From Bacteroidota bacterium (GTDB taxonomy: Bacteria > Bacteroidota > Bacteroidia > AKYH767-A > 2013-40CM-41-45), in the NCBI GenBank assembly GCA_039806065.1, contig JBDKJS010000083.1, positions 4,010 to 68,009 of the forward strand: 64,000 nucleotides of DNA, written 5' to 3'. Numbering within the stretch: position 1 is the first letter of the stretch; each line of letters opens with the position of its first letter. This document shows, piece by piece, positions 9,179 to 20,355 of this stretch. The notes under the pieces are model-generated. The model was not told where the DNA came from. It saw only the letters and a list, made by a program, of their open reading frames with translations, and did not search any database. The position numbers and the translations under genes are program-made.

Positions 9179-10558
9179 TTAAGCTTGTGAGAAGTGTTGT
9201 GCAATAGGCACCACGAGGGTGTCTATATCGCCTGCTCCAAGGATGAGCAAAATTTCAACTTTTCTTTCTTTTATTTGATGAATGATGGATTCTTTTGTAC
9301 ACATGTGCTTGTTAGTGACGGTAATTTTATCATAAATTATTTTTGATGTTACCCCTTCGATTGGCATTTCACGAGCTGGATAAATATCCATGAGCCATAC
9401 CTCATCGAGCATGGAAAGGCTTTCGGCAAAACCATCTACAAAATCGCGTGTACGTGAGTATAGGTGCGGTTGAAAGATACCTGTTATTTTTTTTTGAGGG
9501 AATAGTTCTTTGGCTGCTGTTATGGCTGCAGTTAATTCTGTAGGGTGATGTGCATAATCATCTATGATGGTATTTATTTTATTATGAAGCACCAATTCAA
9601 ATCTTCTTTTTACTCCTTTATAATTTTGCAAAGCCATTTGAATTTGATCGAATGGTAAATTTCGGATTCTTGCAATGGCGATAGCTGCTATGGCATTTTC
9701 AATATTATGCCGCCCGGGTAAAAATAATTTAAAACCACTGTATTGTTCATTTACCCCCACATAATCAAAACAAAATGCGCCTTCGTGAACATGGATGTTA
9801 GTGGCATGGCACTGAGCTGTGCTTAGGAGTCCATAAGTGACCACATTGGCCTTGACCGGTGCCAGGCTCAATTGATGGTGCAGCAACAAAGTGCCCTCCT
9901 CATTCACCTGTTGGGCAAATTGCTGATAAGTTTGGTGCATGGATTTTTCATCGCCATAGATGTCAAGATGATCTGGATCCATGCTGGTAATAACAGCAAT
10001 GTGAGGATACAGTGTCAAGAATGATTTATCATACTCATCGGCTTCTACTACAATGGGATGATCGGCTGATGTGTGGAGTGGGAGCAGCAAATTACTTTTA
10101 TAATTATTAGCAATACCCCCCAAGAATGCAATGCACGTATCGTTGCAGTGGGTAAGTACATGTGCCACCATACTACTGGTAGTAGTTTTGCCATGAGTGC
10201 CTGCTACTGCAATGGTAAGTCGCTGTTTAGTGATCCAACCTAATAAAATACTACGCTTAACAATATTAAAGTTTTGGTCATTTAGCTTCTTATATATTTT
10301 TAAGTTTAGTGGCACTGCGGGTGTGCGCACCACTAGTGTTTCACTTTTAACAGCTGCCAATCTATCCACCACTGATTCATCATCCTCATAATGTACTTTT
10401 ATTCCCTCTGCTTCTAGTTCAAGGGTAAGGTTGGTTTGCGTTTTATCATAACCGCTCACCTTGCAACCCATTAAATTAAAATATCTTGCCAAGGCACTCA
10501 TGCCTATTCCTCCAATTCCAAGGAAATAAAGATGGGTAATCTGCTTCAAAGGATTCAT
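9179..10558 (-). CDS. murC: UDP-N-acetylmuramate--L-alanine ligase
   Basis: GIGGIGMSALA N-terminal motif. GTHGKTTT P-loop. Mur ligase architecture. Confidence 0.9.
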   Translation of the reverse strand: MNPLKQITHLYFLGIGGIGMSALARYFNLMGCKVSGYDKTQTNLTLELEAEGIKVHYEDDESVVDRLAAVKSETLVVRTPAVPLNLKIYKKLNDQNFNIVKRSILLGWITKQRLTIAVAGTHGKTTTSSMVAHVLTHCNDTCIAFLGGIANNYKSNLLLPLHTSADHPIVVEADEYDKSFLTLYPHIAVITSMDPDHLDIYGDEKSMHQTYQQFAQQVNEEGTLLLHHQLSLAPVKANVVTYGLLSTAQCHATNIHVHEGAFCFDYVGVNEQYSGFKLFLPGRHNIENAIAAIAIARIRNLPFDQIQMALQNYKGVKRRFELVLHNKINTIIDDYAHHPTELTAAITAAKELFPQKKITGIFQPHLYSRTRDFVDGFAESLSMLDEVWLMDIYPAREMPIEGVTSKIIYDKITVTNKHMCTKESIIHQIKERKVEILLILGAGDIDTLVVPIAQHFSQA

Positions 10559-11661
10559 GGGCGGGCAACTTTATAAATTTGATCCACTATATGAGCAGCT
10601 GCGTTGGGCAATGCTAAGTTTTTAATATTTTTTGCTAATGAAGCAGCATGTTCAGGATTGTTGATGAGTTGTGTAAGCAATGGTGCTAACTTAGTAGCGA
10701 GATCGTGATCGGGAATTATTTCAGCGGCACCGTCTTTAACCAAGGCCAAGGCATTTTTGGTTTGATGATCTTCAGCTACGTTTGGAGAAGGAACTAGTAC
10801 CGCAGGTTTGCCTACCATGCAAAGTTCACTAATGGTGCCCGCACCTGCCCTACTCACTATGATGTTTGCTGCGGCATAAGCGTCATTCATATTATTGATG
10901 AAAGGCGCAACAAAAACATTGCTATAATTTATGGCTGCATTACTTGCAGTGGAGGCATATAGTTTTCCGGTTTGCCAAATTAGTTGAATATTATGTTCTT
11001 TGAAAAACGGCAGTAATGCTGTTACCGCTAGGTTTATGCTTCTGGCACCTAAGCTTCCTCCTAATATTAAAATTGTTTTATACTGAGATAAAAGGTTAAA
11101 TTTAGCAATTGCATCACCTTGTTCACTTTGTAAATTTTTCACCAGGTCCCTAATGGGGTTACCTGTAACCACAATTTTAGCAGGCTCAAAAAATTTCTCC
11201 ATTCCATAATAGGCTACACATACGAGGCTGGCTCGTTTGGCTAAAATTTTATTGGTTATACCGGCATAGGAATTTTGTTCTTGAATAACCGTAGGAATAC
11301 GGAGTAATGAAGCTGCAAATAACAATGGGCCGCTTGCATAGCCGCCTACCCCAACAGCCACATGTGGTTTCAACCGCTTAAGAAGTGCTATGCTTTTAAC
11401 AATACTAAAAAATATTTTTAGCGGCAGTAATAAATTTTGGAAAGAAAGACTTCTTTGAAAGCCTGCTATATTTAGGCCTGTAATTTCATAGCCAGCTTCC
11501 GGTACTTTTTGCATTTCCATTTTACCGAGTGCTCCCACAAAGTGAATGGTTGTATGGTTGTTTACGAATTTAAGTTGATTGGCAATAGCAATAGCAGGAA
11601 AAATGTGCCCGCCTGTGCCACCGCCACTAATAATCACTTTTAATTTAGGAAACTGTTCCAT
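10555..11661 (-). CDS. murG: UDP-N-acetylglucosamine--N-acetylmuramyl-(pentapeptide) pyrophosphoryl-undecaprenol GlcNAc transferase
   Basis: GGTGGHIFPA motif. ATG at 11661 chosen, 1 nt after the ftsW stop; the ORF track extends to a TTG at 11709. Confidence 0.9.
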   Translation of the reverse strand: MEQFPKLKVIISGGGTGGHIFPAIAIANQLKFVNNHTTIHFVGALGKMEMQKVPEAGYEITGLNIAGFQRSLSFQNLLLPLKIFFSIVKSIALLKRLKPHVAVGVGGYASGPLLFAASLLRIPTVIQEQNSYAGITNKILAKRASLVCVAYYGMEKFFEPAKIVVTGNPIRDLVKNLQSEQGDAIAKFNLLSQYKTILILGGSLGARSINLAVTALLPFFKEHNIQLIWQTGKLYASTASNAAINYSNVFVAPFINNMNDAYAAANIIVSRAGAGTISELCMVGKPAVLVPSPNVAEDHQTKNALALVKDGAAEIIPDHDLATKLAPLLTQLINNPEHAASLAKNIKNLALPNAAAHIVDQIYKVARP

Positions 11662-11662
11662 A

Positions 11663-12826
11663 TTATGCTGCTTCGGTGTTTTCCAATGCCGATTTTTTTT
11701 CGAGCGCAATTTGATGGCTCACACTTAGTATAATTCCAAGCGCCAATCCATTAAAAATTATATTGGTACCACCCATGCTTACTAATGGAAGTGGTTGGCC
11801 TGTAACTGGAAAAAGATTAACAGCAACTGCCATGTTGATCATTGCCTGAAACACCAAAAGAAAGCTGTAGCCAAATGCTAGTAAGGTGCCCAATGCTTTA
11901 GGATTGTAATGCAAAAATTTGATGGTTCTAAAAAAAATGAGGAGGTAGCAAATAATTACTATTGACGAAAACAATATGCCATATTCTTCCACAATTATGG
12001 CAAAGATGAAGTCGGAATAAGGATGTGGCAAGTAGTTTCTCATATCACTATTCCCAGGTTTTTTTCCAGTAAGTCCACCGGTGGCAACAGCAATTTTTGC
12101 TTGAACAGCCTGATAGTTATCCTTATCATCTCCACTAGTAAAATTTTCGATTCGGGCCATCCAAGTAGCGGTTCGCCCATCATTTCCTAACAATTTCATT
12201 GTTCCGATAAACAATGAGCAACACACAAGCACTATACCCACTAAATACAAAAGGTACTTGAATTTAATATTGGCTACAAAGAGCATTACCAAACAAGTAA
12301 CAAATAACATAGCAGCTGTAGAAAGGTTAGCCGGTAAAATAAGCGCACACACCAGCAGAATAGGAATAAATACCGGCACTAGAAGTTCTTTAAAAGAAAG
12401 TTGCTGATCTATTTTTTTGCTTAAGGCTCCAGCCAGGTAAAGAATGATGGCCACCTTTGCTATATCAGAAGTTTGAATGGTATTACCAATGATAGGTATC
12501 GTTAACCAACGGCTTGCCGAATTCAAATTAGTTCCAAATACCAATGTAAATCCAAGCATAATGATAGACACCAACAATATCAATGGACCAAACCTTGTGA
12601 AGATGGTGTACTTCATTTTATTCACTAGATAAACTATAAATAAACCAAGGATTAAAGTGAAGGCATGCCTAAACAAATAAAATTCAGTATTCCCTTCTTG
12701 TTTTTTATAGGCAAGTGTACCGGTGCTGGTATAAACTGCCACAGCAGAAAACAATGTTAGAATAAAGATGGCAATCCAAATCCCCTTATCCCCACTAAGA
12801 TATTTATCAATCCATGTCCTATTCAT
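11663..12826 (-). CDS. ftsW: Peptidoglycan glycosyltransferase FtsW (SEDS family)
   Basis: Polytopic membrane protein between murD and murG. SEDS-like C-terminal PLPLVSMGGT-type segment. Confidence 0.85.
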   Translation of the reverse strand: MNRTWIDKYLSGDKGIWIAIFILTLFSAVAVYTSTGTLAYKKQEGNTEFYLFRHAFTLILGLFIVYLVNKMKYTIFTRFGPLILLVSIIMLGFTLVFGTNLNSASRWLTIPIIGNTIQTSDIAKVAIILYLAGALSKKIDQQLSFKELLVPVFIPILLVCALILPANLSTAAMLFVTCLVMLFVANIKFKYLLYLVGIVLVCCSLFIGTMKLLGNDGRTATWMARIENFTSGDDKDNYQAVQAKIAVATGGLTGKKPGNSDMRNYLPHPYSDFIFAIIVEEYGILFSSIVIICYLLIFFRTIKFLHYNPKALGTLLAFGYSFLLVFQAMINMAVAVNLFPVTGQPLPLVSMGGTNIIFNGLALGIILSVSHQIALEKKSALENTEAA

Positions 12827-12835
12827 TGTAATTTA

Positions 12836-14182
12836 TTATAGTGCCCTTACAGCATTTTTAAATTGGCGACCTCTGTCTTCATAGTTTTCAAACAAATCAA
12901 AACTTGCGCAGGCAGGTGAGAGCAATACTGCTTCACCTTTTTTTGCAATTGCATACGCTTTATTTACCGCCTCAGTAGCGGTGGTAGTTTCTACAATAGT
13001 AGGAACAATGCCATTAAAGGCAGCAAGAATTTTTTTATTATCAGTGCCAAGACATACAATTGCTTTTACCTTATCCTTCACTAGATCAGCCAACATAAGA
13101 TAATCATTACCCTTATCAACCCCACCCAAAATTAGCACGGTTGGTTTTACCATACTTTCAAGGGCATACCAAGTAGAATTGATATTAGTTGCCTTTGAAT
13201 CATTAATAAATTCAATGCCATTAACATTGGCTACCATCTCCAGTCTATGTTCAGCATTTTTAAAATCGTTCAGGCTTTCTCTTACGGTTTCACTTCTAAT
13301 GTCTAAAAGTTTTGCAGCAATGCCTGCCGCCATTGAATTATACTGATTGTGTTTACCTTGCAAGGCGAGTTCGTGAATTAACATAGTGAATGAGTTTTGG
13401 TTAGTATTGATTTGAATTTGATTGTTGATAATAGAAGCTCCAATAGGGAGTGGTTGGGTAATAGAAATAGGAAATTGGGCTGCCTTACCATTGATTCTGT
13501 TTATGTTTGCAATAGTAATAGGGTCATCGGCACAATAAATAAAGGCATCTTGATCAATTTGATTGCGCGTTATTCCAAATTTTGAAATAATATAATTATC
13601 TAAATTATAGTCGTACCGATCTAAATGATCTGGTGTAATGTTTGTGAGGATGGCAATATTGACTCTGAGGTCTTGGCACCCATCTAATTGAAAGCTACTA
13701 AGCTCAAGCACAAAGAAATCAAAGTCGGCATTAATTAATTGCATGGCCATACTCTTTCCAATATTTCCAGCCACAGCCACCTTCAAACCAGCCTTTTTTA
13801 AAATATGAAATACTAGGCCGGTGGTGGTAGTTTTACCATTAGTACCAGTGATGGCTATTATTTTAGCTTTGGTAAAACGAGCGGCAAATGCTATTTCGTC
13901 AATTATTTGAATGCCCTTAAGCTTGGCCGATTGAATGATTGGCACCTTATCAGGAATACCCGGACTTTTAATAATTATAGTTGCCGATAAAATTTTATCA
14001 GTATTATGGCCGCCCTCTTCAAAAGGAATGGCCTGTTCAATCAATAAGTCTTTATACAACTGCTTAATACTTCCACTGTCAGAAACAAATACAGCAAAGC
14101 CCTTGGCTTTTGCCAAAAGGGCTGCCCCAGTACCACTTTCACCGGCACCTAGGATGACTATATTTTGTTGAGATTGGGTCAT
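12836..14182 (-). CDS. murD: UDP-N-acetylmuramoylalanine--D-glutamate ligase
   Basis: N-terminal Rossmann [26 protein letters not shown]-loop. Position in the dcw cluster. Confidence 0.9.
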   Translation of the reverse strand: MTQSQQNIVILGAGESGTGAALLAKAKGFAVFVSDSGSIKQLYKDLLIEQAIPFEEGGHNTDKILSATIIIKSPGIPDKVPIIQSAKLKGIQIIDEIAFAARFTKAKIIAITGTNGKTTTTGLVFHILKKAGLKVAVAGNIGKSMAMQLINADFDFFVLELSSFQLDGCQDLRVNIAILTNITPDHLDRYDYNLDNYIISKFGITRNQIDQDAFIYCADDPITIANINRINGKAAQFPISITQPLPIGASIINNQIQINTNQNSFTMLIHELALQGKHNQYNSMAAGIAAKLLDIRSETVRESLNDFKNAEHRLEMVANVNGIEFINDSKATNINSTWYALESMVKPTVLILGGVDKGNDYLMLADLVKDKVKAIVCLGTDNKKILAAFNGIVPTIVETTTATEAVNKAYAIAKKGEAVLLSPACASFDLFENYEDRGRQFKNAVRAL

Positions 14183-14189
14183 CAGAATC

Positions 14190-15461
14190 CTATCTAAGTT
14201 TAAGTGTTATGATTGTTAGAATGGCTAGCATGATACCGATGATCCAAAATCGCGTTACAATTTTAGCTTCGGCATAACCTTCCTTTTGGTAGTGATGGTG
14301 CAATGGCGCCATTTTAAAAAGTCTATTGGCACGAGCATATTCAATGCCATGCTTTCTCTTTTGGTATTTAAAATACCAAACTTGTAAAATGACTGATAAA
14401 TTTTCTACTAGGAAGATGCCACATAATATGGGTATGAGCAATTCTTTTCTAATGCAAATAGCAAATACTGCAATAATTCCACCAATGGCTAATGAACCGG
14501 TATCGCCCATAAAAACCTGAGCTGGGTAACTGTTATACCATAGAAATCCTACACAAGCACCAACAAATGCTCCCATAAAAATAACCAATTCGCCACTATT
14601 GGGGATATACATTATATTTAAATAATTAGCAAATACTGTATTGCCGCTTACATATGCCAAGATCCCCAAGGTAGTTCCTATTATGGCTGAAGTGCCAGTG
14701 GCCAATCCATCAATGCCATCAGTGATGTTTGCTCCATTAGAAACAGCCGTTACAATAAAAATCACTATCGGAATAAAGATCAGCCAGGCATATTTATCAC
14801 TGTCTAAACCCATCCACGACACAATCGTTCCGTAGTCAAATTCATGATTTTTTACAAAAGGGATTGTAGTTTTTAAAGATTTTATGGATTCCTTTTTGAA
14901 TAGGAGTTCTTCGTTATTTCGGGCATCGTCAATCAATGATTTGGCGGTATGATTCAAGTTTACTTGTTCTGCCACTGCTTTTTCTTTGACTACTACATAT
15001 TGATTGAAGTAAAGTGTGAGGGCAATTACCAGTCCTAGTCCTACTTGTCCAATAACTTTAAATTTACCTGCTAGCCCAGCTTTATCTTTTCTAAAAACCT
15101 TAATATAATCATCTAAGAAACCAATGAACCCCAGCCACACCGTAGTAACTACCATGATAATTATATACACATTCAATACTCGAGCAAAGAGTAAAGTAGG
15201 AATAAGAATGGCGGTGAGCATGATAAGACCACCCATGGTAGGGGTACCTTGTTTTTTCTTTTCCCCTTCTAGACCAAGGTCTCGCACCAACTCTCCCACT
15301 TGCTTTTTATGTAAGTAGTTTATAATCTTTTTTCCAAGTACTAACGAAATAAGTAATGAAAGAATGATAGCGCAGGCAGCTCTAAAACTGATGTATTGAA
15401 ATACACCCGCTCCAACGAAATTAAATTCATGATCAAGATATCTGAATAGGTAGTAAAACAT
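14190..15461 (-). CDS. mraY: Phospho-N-acetylmuramoyl-pentapeptide transferase
   Basis: Polytopic membrane protein with NxxNxxDGIDGL motif ([15 protein letters not shown]). Position in the dcw cluster. Confidence 0.9.
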   Translation of the reverse strand: MFYYLFRYLDHEFNFVGAGVFQYISFRAACAIILSLLISLVLGKKIINYLHKKQVGELVRDLGLEGEKKKQGTPTMGGLIMLTAILIPTLLFARVLNVYIIIMVVTTVWLGFIGFLDDYIKVFRKDKAGLAGKFKVIGQVGLGLVIALTLYFNQYVVVKEKAVAEQVNLNHTAKSLIDDARNNEELLFKKESIKSLKTTIPFVKNHEFDYGTIVSWMGLDSDKYAWLIFIPIVIFIVTAVSNGANITDGIDGLATGTSAIIGTTLGILAYVSGNTVFANYLNIMYIPNSGELVIFMGAFVGACVGFLWYNSYPAQVFMGDTGSLAIGGIIAVFAICIRKELLIPILCGIFLVENLSVILQVWYFKYQKRKHGIEYARANRLFKMAPLHHHYQKEGYAEAKIVTRFWIIGIMLAILTIITLKLR

Positions 15462-16924
15462 CAGGCTTTTATTTGATTAAGCATTTGGATTAGTATTTCT
15501 TTATCATTGAAGGGGTATTTTACACCATTTATTTCTTGATATTTTTCATGTCCTTTTCCTGCAATTAGAATGATGTCACCAGCATTGGCTAACATGCAAG
15601 CTGTTTTAATAGCTTCTTTTCTATCAACAATACTGAGTACTTTTTTCATTTTGCTTGGAGAGACTCCCAATTCCATTTGTTTTATTATTTCGAGTGGATC
15701 TTCATTGCGCGGATTATCAGCAGTAAAAATCACTTTAGAACTCTTCTCACATGCTATTGCTGCCATTAAGGGTCTTTTGGATGTATCTCTATTTCCACCA
15801 CACCCCACTACTGTAATTACATTTGTCTTCCCATTATTTATATCGTTGATGGTGTTTAGTACATTCTCCAATGCGTCAGGCGTGTGTGCATAATCAACAA
15901 TCCCCACTATATTGGTTTCTGATTTTACATAATCAAATCTACCCTCTACACTGGTGAGCGTACTTAGAATGGTAAGTGTGTCTAATTCATTTTGTCCGAG
16001 CAATACAGCTGTAGCATACACAGCCAACAAATTATAGGCATTAAAGGACCCCACTAACCGAAAGTGAACATCGTGCGATGCAATGTTTAACTGCAACCCA
16101 GAAAATTGATTTTCTATTATCCTTACTTTAAAATCGGCAAGAGACCTAAGGGCATATATTTTTTTTGTAGCCTTAGTGTTTTGCAGCATATAAGTTCCAT
16201 TCTTATCATCAGCATTGGTAAGTGCAAATGCATCGGCTGGCAAAATATCAAAAAAACCTTTTTTAGCATCTCTATAGGCTTCAAATGTTTTATGATAATC
16301 TAAATGATCGTGTGTAAGATTGGTAAACACACCGCCAGCAAATTTAATACCGGCTATTCTCTTTTGCACAACTGCGTGTGAGCTTACCTCCATAAAGCAA
16401 TAAGTACAGCCTGCACTTACCATGTTATCTAGCAATCGATTTAACTGAACTGGGTCAGGGGTAGTGTGGGTACTTGGTACCACGGCATCATCAACATGAT
16501 TTTGAACGGTACTAATCAATCCGGTTTTATGGCCAGCAGCTTTAAAAAATTTATATAGCATGGTGGCCGTAGTAGTTTTTCCATTGGTACCAGTAATTCC
16601 GATAAGTTTTATTTTTTCAGAAGGATTATCAAAATAGTTGGCAGCAATAATGGCAAGCGCAACTGCAGAATCTTTCACCTTAATATAAGTAATACCTTCA
16701 TGAATGATTGCTGGAAAATCTTGAACTACAACTGCCACCACACCCGAATCGAGCACTTGGTTGATGTACAAATGGCCATCAGCATTGCCGCCTTTAAGCG
16801 CAATAAAAAGTGATCCTTCAACTACCGCACGTGAGTCGAAACAAATTTCACTTATATTCAAATCTGTGTTCCCTTTAATTTCAATAAGGCTCACTTTATA
16901 AAGGATGTCGCGGAGTAGTTTCAT
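15461..16924 (-). CDS. murE: UDP-N-acetylmuramoyl-L-alanyl-D-glutamate--2,6-diaminopimelate ligase
   Basis: Mur ligase with [12 protein letters not shown] motif ([11 protein letters not shown]) is diagnostic of meso-DAP-adding MurE. 1-nt overlaps with both neighbours. Confidence 0.85.
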   Translation of the reverse strand: MKLLRDILYKVSLIEIKGNTDLNISEICFDSRAVVEGSLFIALKGGNADGHLYINQVLDSGVVAVVVQDFPAIIHEGITYIKVKDSAVALAIIAANYFDNPSEKIKLIGITGTNGKTTTATMLYKFFKAAGHKTGLISTVQNHVDDAVVPSTHTTPDPVQLNRLLDNMVSAGCTYCFMEVSSHAVVQKRIAGIKFAGGVFTNLTHDHLDYHKTFEAYRDAKKGFFDILPADAFALTNADDKNGTYMLQNTKATKKIYALRSLADFKVRIIENQFSGLQLNIASHDVHFRLVGSFNAYNLLAVYATAVLLGQNELDTLTILSTLTSVEGRFDYVKSETNIVGIVDYAHTPDALENVLNTINDINNGKTNVITVVGCGGNRDTSKRPLMAAIACEKSSKVIFTADNPRNEDPLEIIKQMELGVSPSKMKKVLSIVDRKEAIKTACMLANAGDIILIAGKGHEKYQEINGVKYPFNDKEILIQMLNQIKA

Positions 16925-19050
16925 TAGCCAAGTACAAGTAATATGGTTCTGCCTTTTGATAGTTTGGTTCCAGGTTCAATAGACTGTTGTTGCACGGCAC
17001 CTTTTCCAGTAATGCTCACCTGAAGGCCGTTGTTTTCTAATAAAAAAATGGCATCACTTGCAGTCATTCCTCGCACATCCGGCATGGTACCTTTGGTGAC
17101 TGAAATTTTTTGAGCAATAGGTTTTCCATTTTTATCCACCACAGCTACAACATCAGCATCAGAGGCAGAAGTTTGCAGTGGCATGGCAATACTTTGATAT
17201 ACTTTCTTCAGTTCAGATTGGGTAGCTTTACGTGCACTTGGCCAAGTAACTGATTTATGATCTGCAAATTCTCCTTCAATATCGGGGTGCATTTCTAAAT
17301 GATTGGCATACACTTTATCTGATATTTCTTGAAATACAGGTGCAGCTATTACACCCGCTAAATACACCCCTTCTGAAGGGCCATTAATAATTACAGCACA
17401 GCTATACTTTGGGTCCTTTGCAGGAAAATATCCTACAAAGCTTGCTTGATAGCTCATGTGACTTTTATCATACCCGTAGCGAGGTTTGGCAATTTGTGCA
17501 GTACCCGTTTTACCTGCAATTTTATATTTAGAACTTTTCAATGTTCTGGCAGATCCATTTAGTACCACTGCTTCAAGGAGTAACTTTACAGAATCAATAG
17601 CGGCTTGCGAAGCTATACTGCTGTCCATTACTTCAGGGTTGAAGGATTTAACCAGTTGTCCATGATTTTTTATTTCTTTCACAAACATGGGCTTAACCAT
17701 TTTACCATTGTTAGCAATGGCATTATAGAAGGTAAGCATTTGAAGGGGTGTAATAGCCACTTCATACCCCACACTAATCCATGGCAAACTCACTATGTGG
17801 TGCCAATCTTTATCAGTAGTATTTTTAATTCTAGACTTGCCTGCTCCACTTATTTGTAACGTTAGAGGATGATTTAGCTTATAACTGTGCAACGCATCCA
17901 TAAACTGTTGAGCGTTTTTTCTGAAATAATTAGTTATGAGCGTAGATATTCCCACATTGCTAGAGTTTTCAAAAACTTCTCTGATGCTAAGTTTGGATCG
18001 TTTGGGCGCATGGACATCTCTCATTGTTTGGGTGCCAAATATTTTAGTCCCGTTGCCAACAAATACTGTATCATAAGTACTTACTTGATGTTTTTCAAAC
18101 AAGGCTAGCATAGATGCTGTTTTCATGGTGCTCCCTGGTTCAGCTGCTTCAGCAATGGCATAATTAAAATCTTCTTCATAAATTCCCTTAGCTGTTCTAC
18201 TTAAATTAGCTATGGCCTTTATTTGCCCTGTTGCTACCTCCATTAGTATGGCACATCCATGATCTGCGTCATGCAGTTGAAGTTGCTTCATTAAGGCGTT
18301 TTCGGCTACATCTTGAATATTTATATCAATGGTTGTATAAATATCATTTCCATCCTTGGGTTCAATTTGACTTTCTTGGTCAATGGGAATGTAAACATTC
18401 CCGGGCATTCGTTGCATGATGCGTTGGCCTCCCACCCCTTTCAGGTCATTGTTAAAAGCCGCTTCAATTCCAACTGGTTTTACGTTTCGCATAGTACCAA
18501 TGGTGCGCTGCGCAAGAAGTTTAAATGGCAATTCGCGCCTGTTGCGTTGCTCAATAATGAGCCCTCCTTTATAACGGCCTCTCTCAAAAATAGGAAATTT
18601 TCTTAGGCGTTTCATTTGAGCATAACTAGCTCCTTTAAATAATAGGCAATACCTATTTTGTTGAATACGGGCATCTCTAATTAATTTTTCATAGGCAACC
18701 GAAGTTTTATCATCGAACAGGCTGGACAATGAATCGGCAAGAGCACCTACGCTATCATTAAAAACACTTTTTTCTAAAGAAGCAATTCCTGGGTCCATAA
18801 AAATATCATAGATCGGAACAGAAGTAGATAATAATTCACCATTATCAGCAAGAATATTTCCTCTGCTGGCTTCAATTGTTTGAATAGTTGTTTTCACCTT
18901 CGCTAATTCTGCCCGCCATTTATCGCCTTCCACAGTTTGTAGGTATATTATTCTGCCAACAATGCACAGCGCAAAAGTGAGTATCATAAAAAATATAAAA
19001 TATATTTTTTTGAACACTAATTGCTTTTTATCATTTGTCTGGCTACCCAT
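16924..19050 (-). CDS. ftsI: Penicillin-binding protein FtsI (class B PBP transpeptidase) with C-terminal PASTA domain
   Basis: Transpeptidase motifs (STMK, SSN, KTGTA). C-terminal GTMPDVRGMTASDAIFLLENNGLQV PASTA-like module. ATG at 19050 chosen, just after the ftsL stop. Confidence 0.85.
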   Translation of the reverse strand: MGSQTNDKKQLVFKKIYFIFFMILTFALCIVGRIIYLQTVEGDKWRAELAKVKTTIQTIEASRGNILADNGELLSTSVPIYDIFMDPGIASLEKSVFNDSVGALADSLSSLFDDKTSVAYEKLIRDARIQQNRYCLLFKGASYAQMKRLRKFPIFERGRYKGGLIIEQRNRRELPFKLLAQRTIGTMRNVKPVGIEAAFNNDLKGVGGQRIMQRMPGNVYIPIDQESQIEPKDGNDIYTTIDINIQDVAENALMKQLQLHDADHGCAILMEVATGQIKAIANLSRTAKGIYEEDFNYAIAEAAEPGSTMKTASMLALFEKHQVSTYDTVFVGNGTKIFGTQTMRDVHAPKRSKLSIREVFENSSNVGISTLITNYFRKNAQQFMDALHSYKLNHPLTLQISGAGKSRIKNTTDKDWHHIVSLPWISVGYEVAITPLQMLTFYNAIANNGKMVKPMFVKEIKNHGQLVKSFNPEVMDSSIASQAAIDSVKLLLEAVVLNGSARTLKSSKYKIAGKTGTAQIAKPRYGYDKSHMSYQASFVGYFPAKDPKYSCAVIINGPSEGVYLAGVIAAPVFQEISDKVYANHLEMHPDIEGEFADHKSVTWPSARKATQSELKKVYQSIAMPLQTSASDADVVAVVDKNGKPIAQKISVTKGTMPDVRGMTASDAIFLLENNGLQVSITGKGAVQQQSIEPGTKLSKGRTILLVLG

Positions 19051-19051
19051 T

Positions 19052-19444
19052 TTATTGCTCTGTTGTGGTTTGGTGGAGGTGAATAATATGAGGTGCATCA
19101 TTTTTTGATTCTTTCAAATCAAACGGTGCGGTAAGTCGGGCTACTTCTGTTTGCTTACTTCTAAACATAAATTCAGAGCTCACACTGATGTATTCATTTC
19201 GTTTCTCTTTCAATTCTTTTTTTACTGCATCAATTTTTCTTAGTCGTGCTTCTGCTGCATAACCATTATAGATATAAAACATTGAAAGTGCCACTATCCA
19301 AAGGATAAAAGGGAACTGTCGAGCAAAGGTGTCTTTTTCTAAAAGGCCATTGAGGTTAAATATCTTGATCCAAGCACGAAGATTTTTTTGGTACTTGTTT
19401 TTAGATGATGCTAACTCATTGCTATTTTCTTGTTCTTCTGACAT
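19052..19444 (-). CDS. ftsL: Cell division protein FtsL-like (single-pass membrane protein with coiled coil)
   Basis: Small bitopic protein between rsmH and ftsI. Start overlaps the rsmH stop by 1 nt. Confidence 0.6.
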   Translation of the reverse strand: MSEEQENSNELASSKNKYQKNLRAWIKIFNLNGLLEKDTFARQFPFILWIVALSMFYIYNGYAAEARLRKIDAVKKELKEKRNEYISVSSEFMFRSKQTEVARLTAPFDLKESKNDAPHIIHLHQTTTEQ

Positions 19445-20355
19445 TAGATTTTGGTAGCTATTCTAAGGTGCGCGCTTCTGGAACGGGGATTTTTTTGTTG
19501 TTCATCAGCAGAGGGCACTATGGGTTTTTTATGGAGTAATTTAAATGAAGATGGCTCTACAGTTCCAAATAACATGGCAGCAGGATCATCTTCAATAGGT
19601 GAGCTTAAAGATCCTTTGGTCATAAATTTTTTAACCATTCTGTCTTCAAGTGAATGATAGGTAAGTACTACTAAACGTGCTCCGGCTTCCATCATTGATT
19701 CACAGTCAAGCAATAAATCTTGAAGCACGGCCAGCTCTTGGTTCACCTCAATTCTAATAGCTTGGAATACCTTAGACCAAAATCCACTTTCATCCCATGG
19801 TGGAGCCAGTGGGGATAAAATTTTTTTTAGGTCATTGATGCTATCTATTGGTTGATTTAACCTAGCGCTAACAATTACATTTACAATGGCTTTACTATTT
19901 TGCAATTCACCATATTCTTTAAAAATTCTAAGCAAATTATCTTCCGTGTATTGATTCAATAAATCCTTTGCATTGAGCTGTTGTGCTCTATTCATCCTCA
20001 TATCTAACAAGGCTTCAAATCGGAAGCTAAAGCCTCTTTCAGCTTCATCAAACTGATGGGAAGAAACGCCCAAGTCAAGCAGCAAGCCGTTAATGGGCAT
20101 TGCATCAAAATATCGAAGATGGTTTTTGATGTACTTAAAATTAGATCTGATTAGTGTAAGTTTTTCATGGGTGAATGCGTTGTCAATGGCATCTTGATCT
20201 TGATCAAAGGCAAATAATCTTCCACTGGCAAGTTGATCCACAATTTTTCTTGAATGGCCTCCGCCACCGAAAGTAGCATCAACAAAAACCCCACCTCTTT
20301 CAAGGTCTAGTGCGAGCACACTTTCATCTAACAAAACTGGTTCATGATAGCTCAT
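19444..20355 (-). CDS. rsmH: 16S rRNA (cytosine1402-N4)-methyltransferase RsmH
   Basis: Conserved N-terminus YHEPVLL...VDATFGGGGHS. Second gene of the dcw cluster. Confidence 0.9.
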   Translation of the reverse strand: MSYHEPVLLDESVLALDLERGGVFVDATFGGGGHSRKIVDQLASGRLFAFDQDQDAIDNAFTHEKLTLIRSNFKYIKNHLRYFDAMPINGLLLDLGVSSHQFDEAERGFSFRFEALLDMRMNRAQQLNAKDLLNQYTEDNLLRIFKEYGELQNSKAIVNVIVSARLNQPIDSINDLKKILSPLAPPWDESGFWSKVFQAIRIEVNQELAVLQDLLLDCESMMEAGARLVVLTYHSLEDRMVKKFMTKGSLSSPIEDDPAAMLFGTVEPSSFKLLHKKPIVPSADEQQKNPRSRSAHLRIATKI

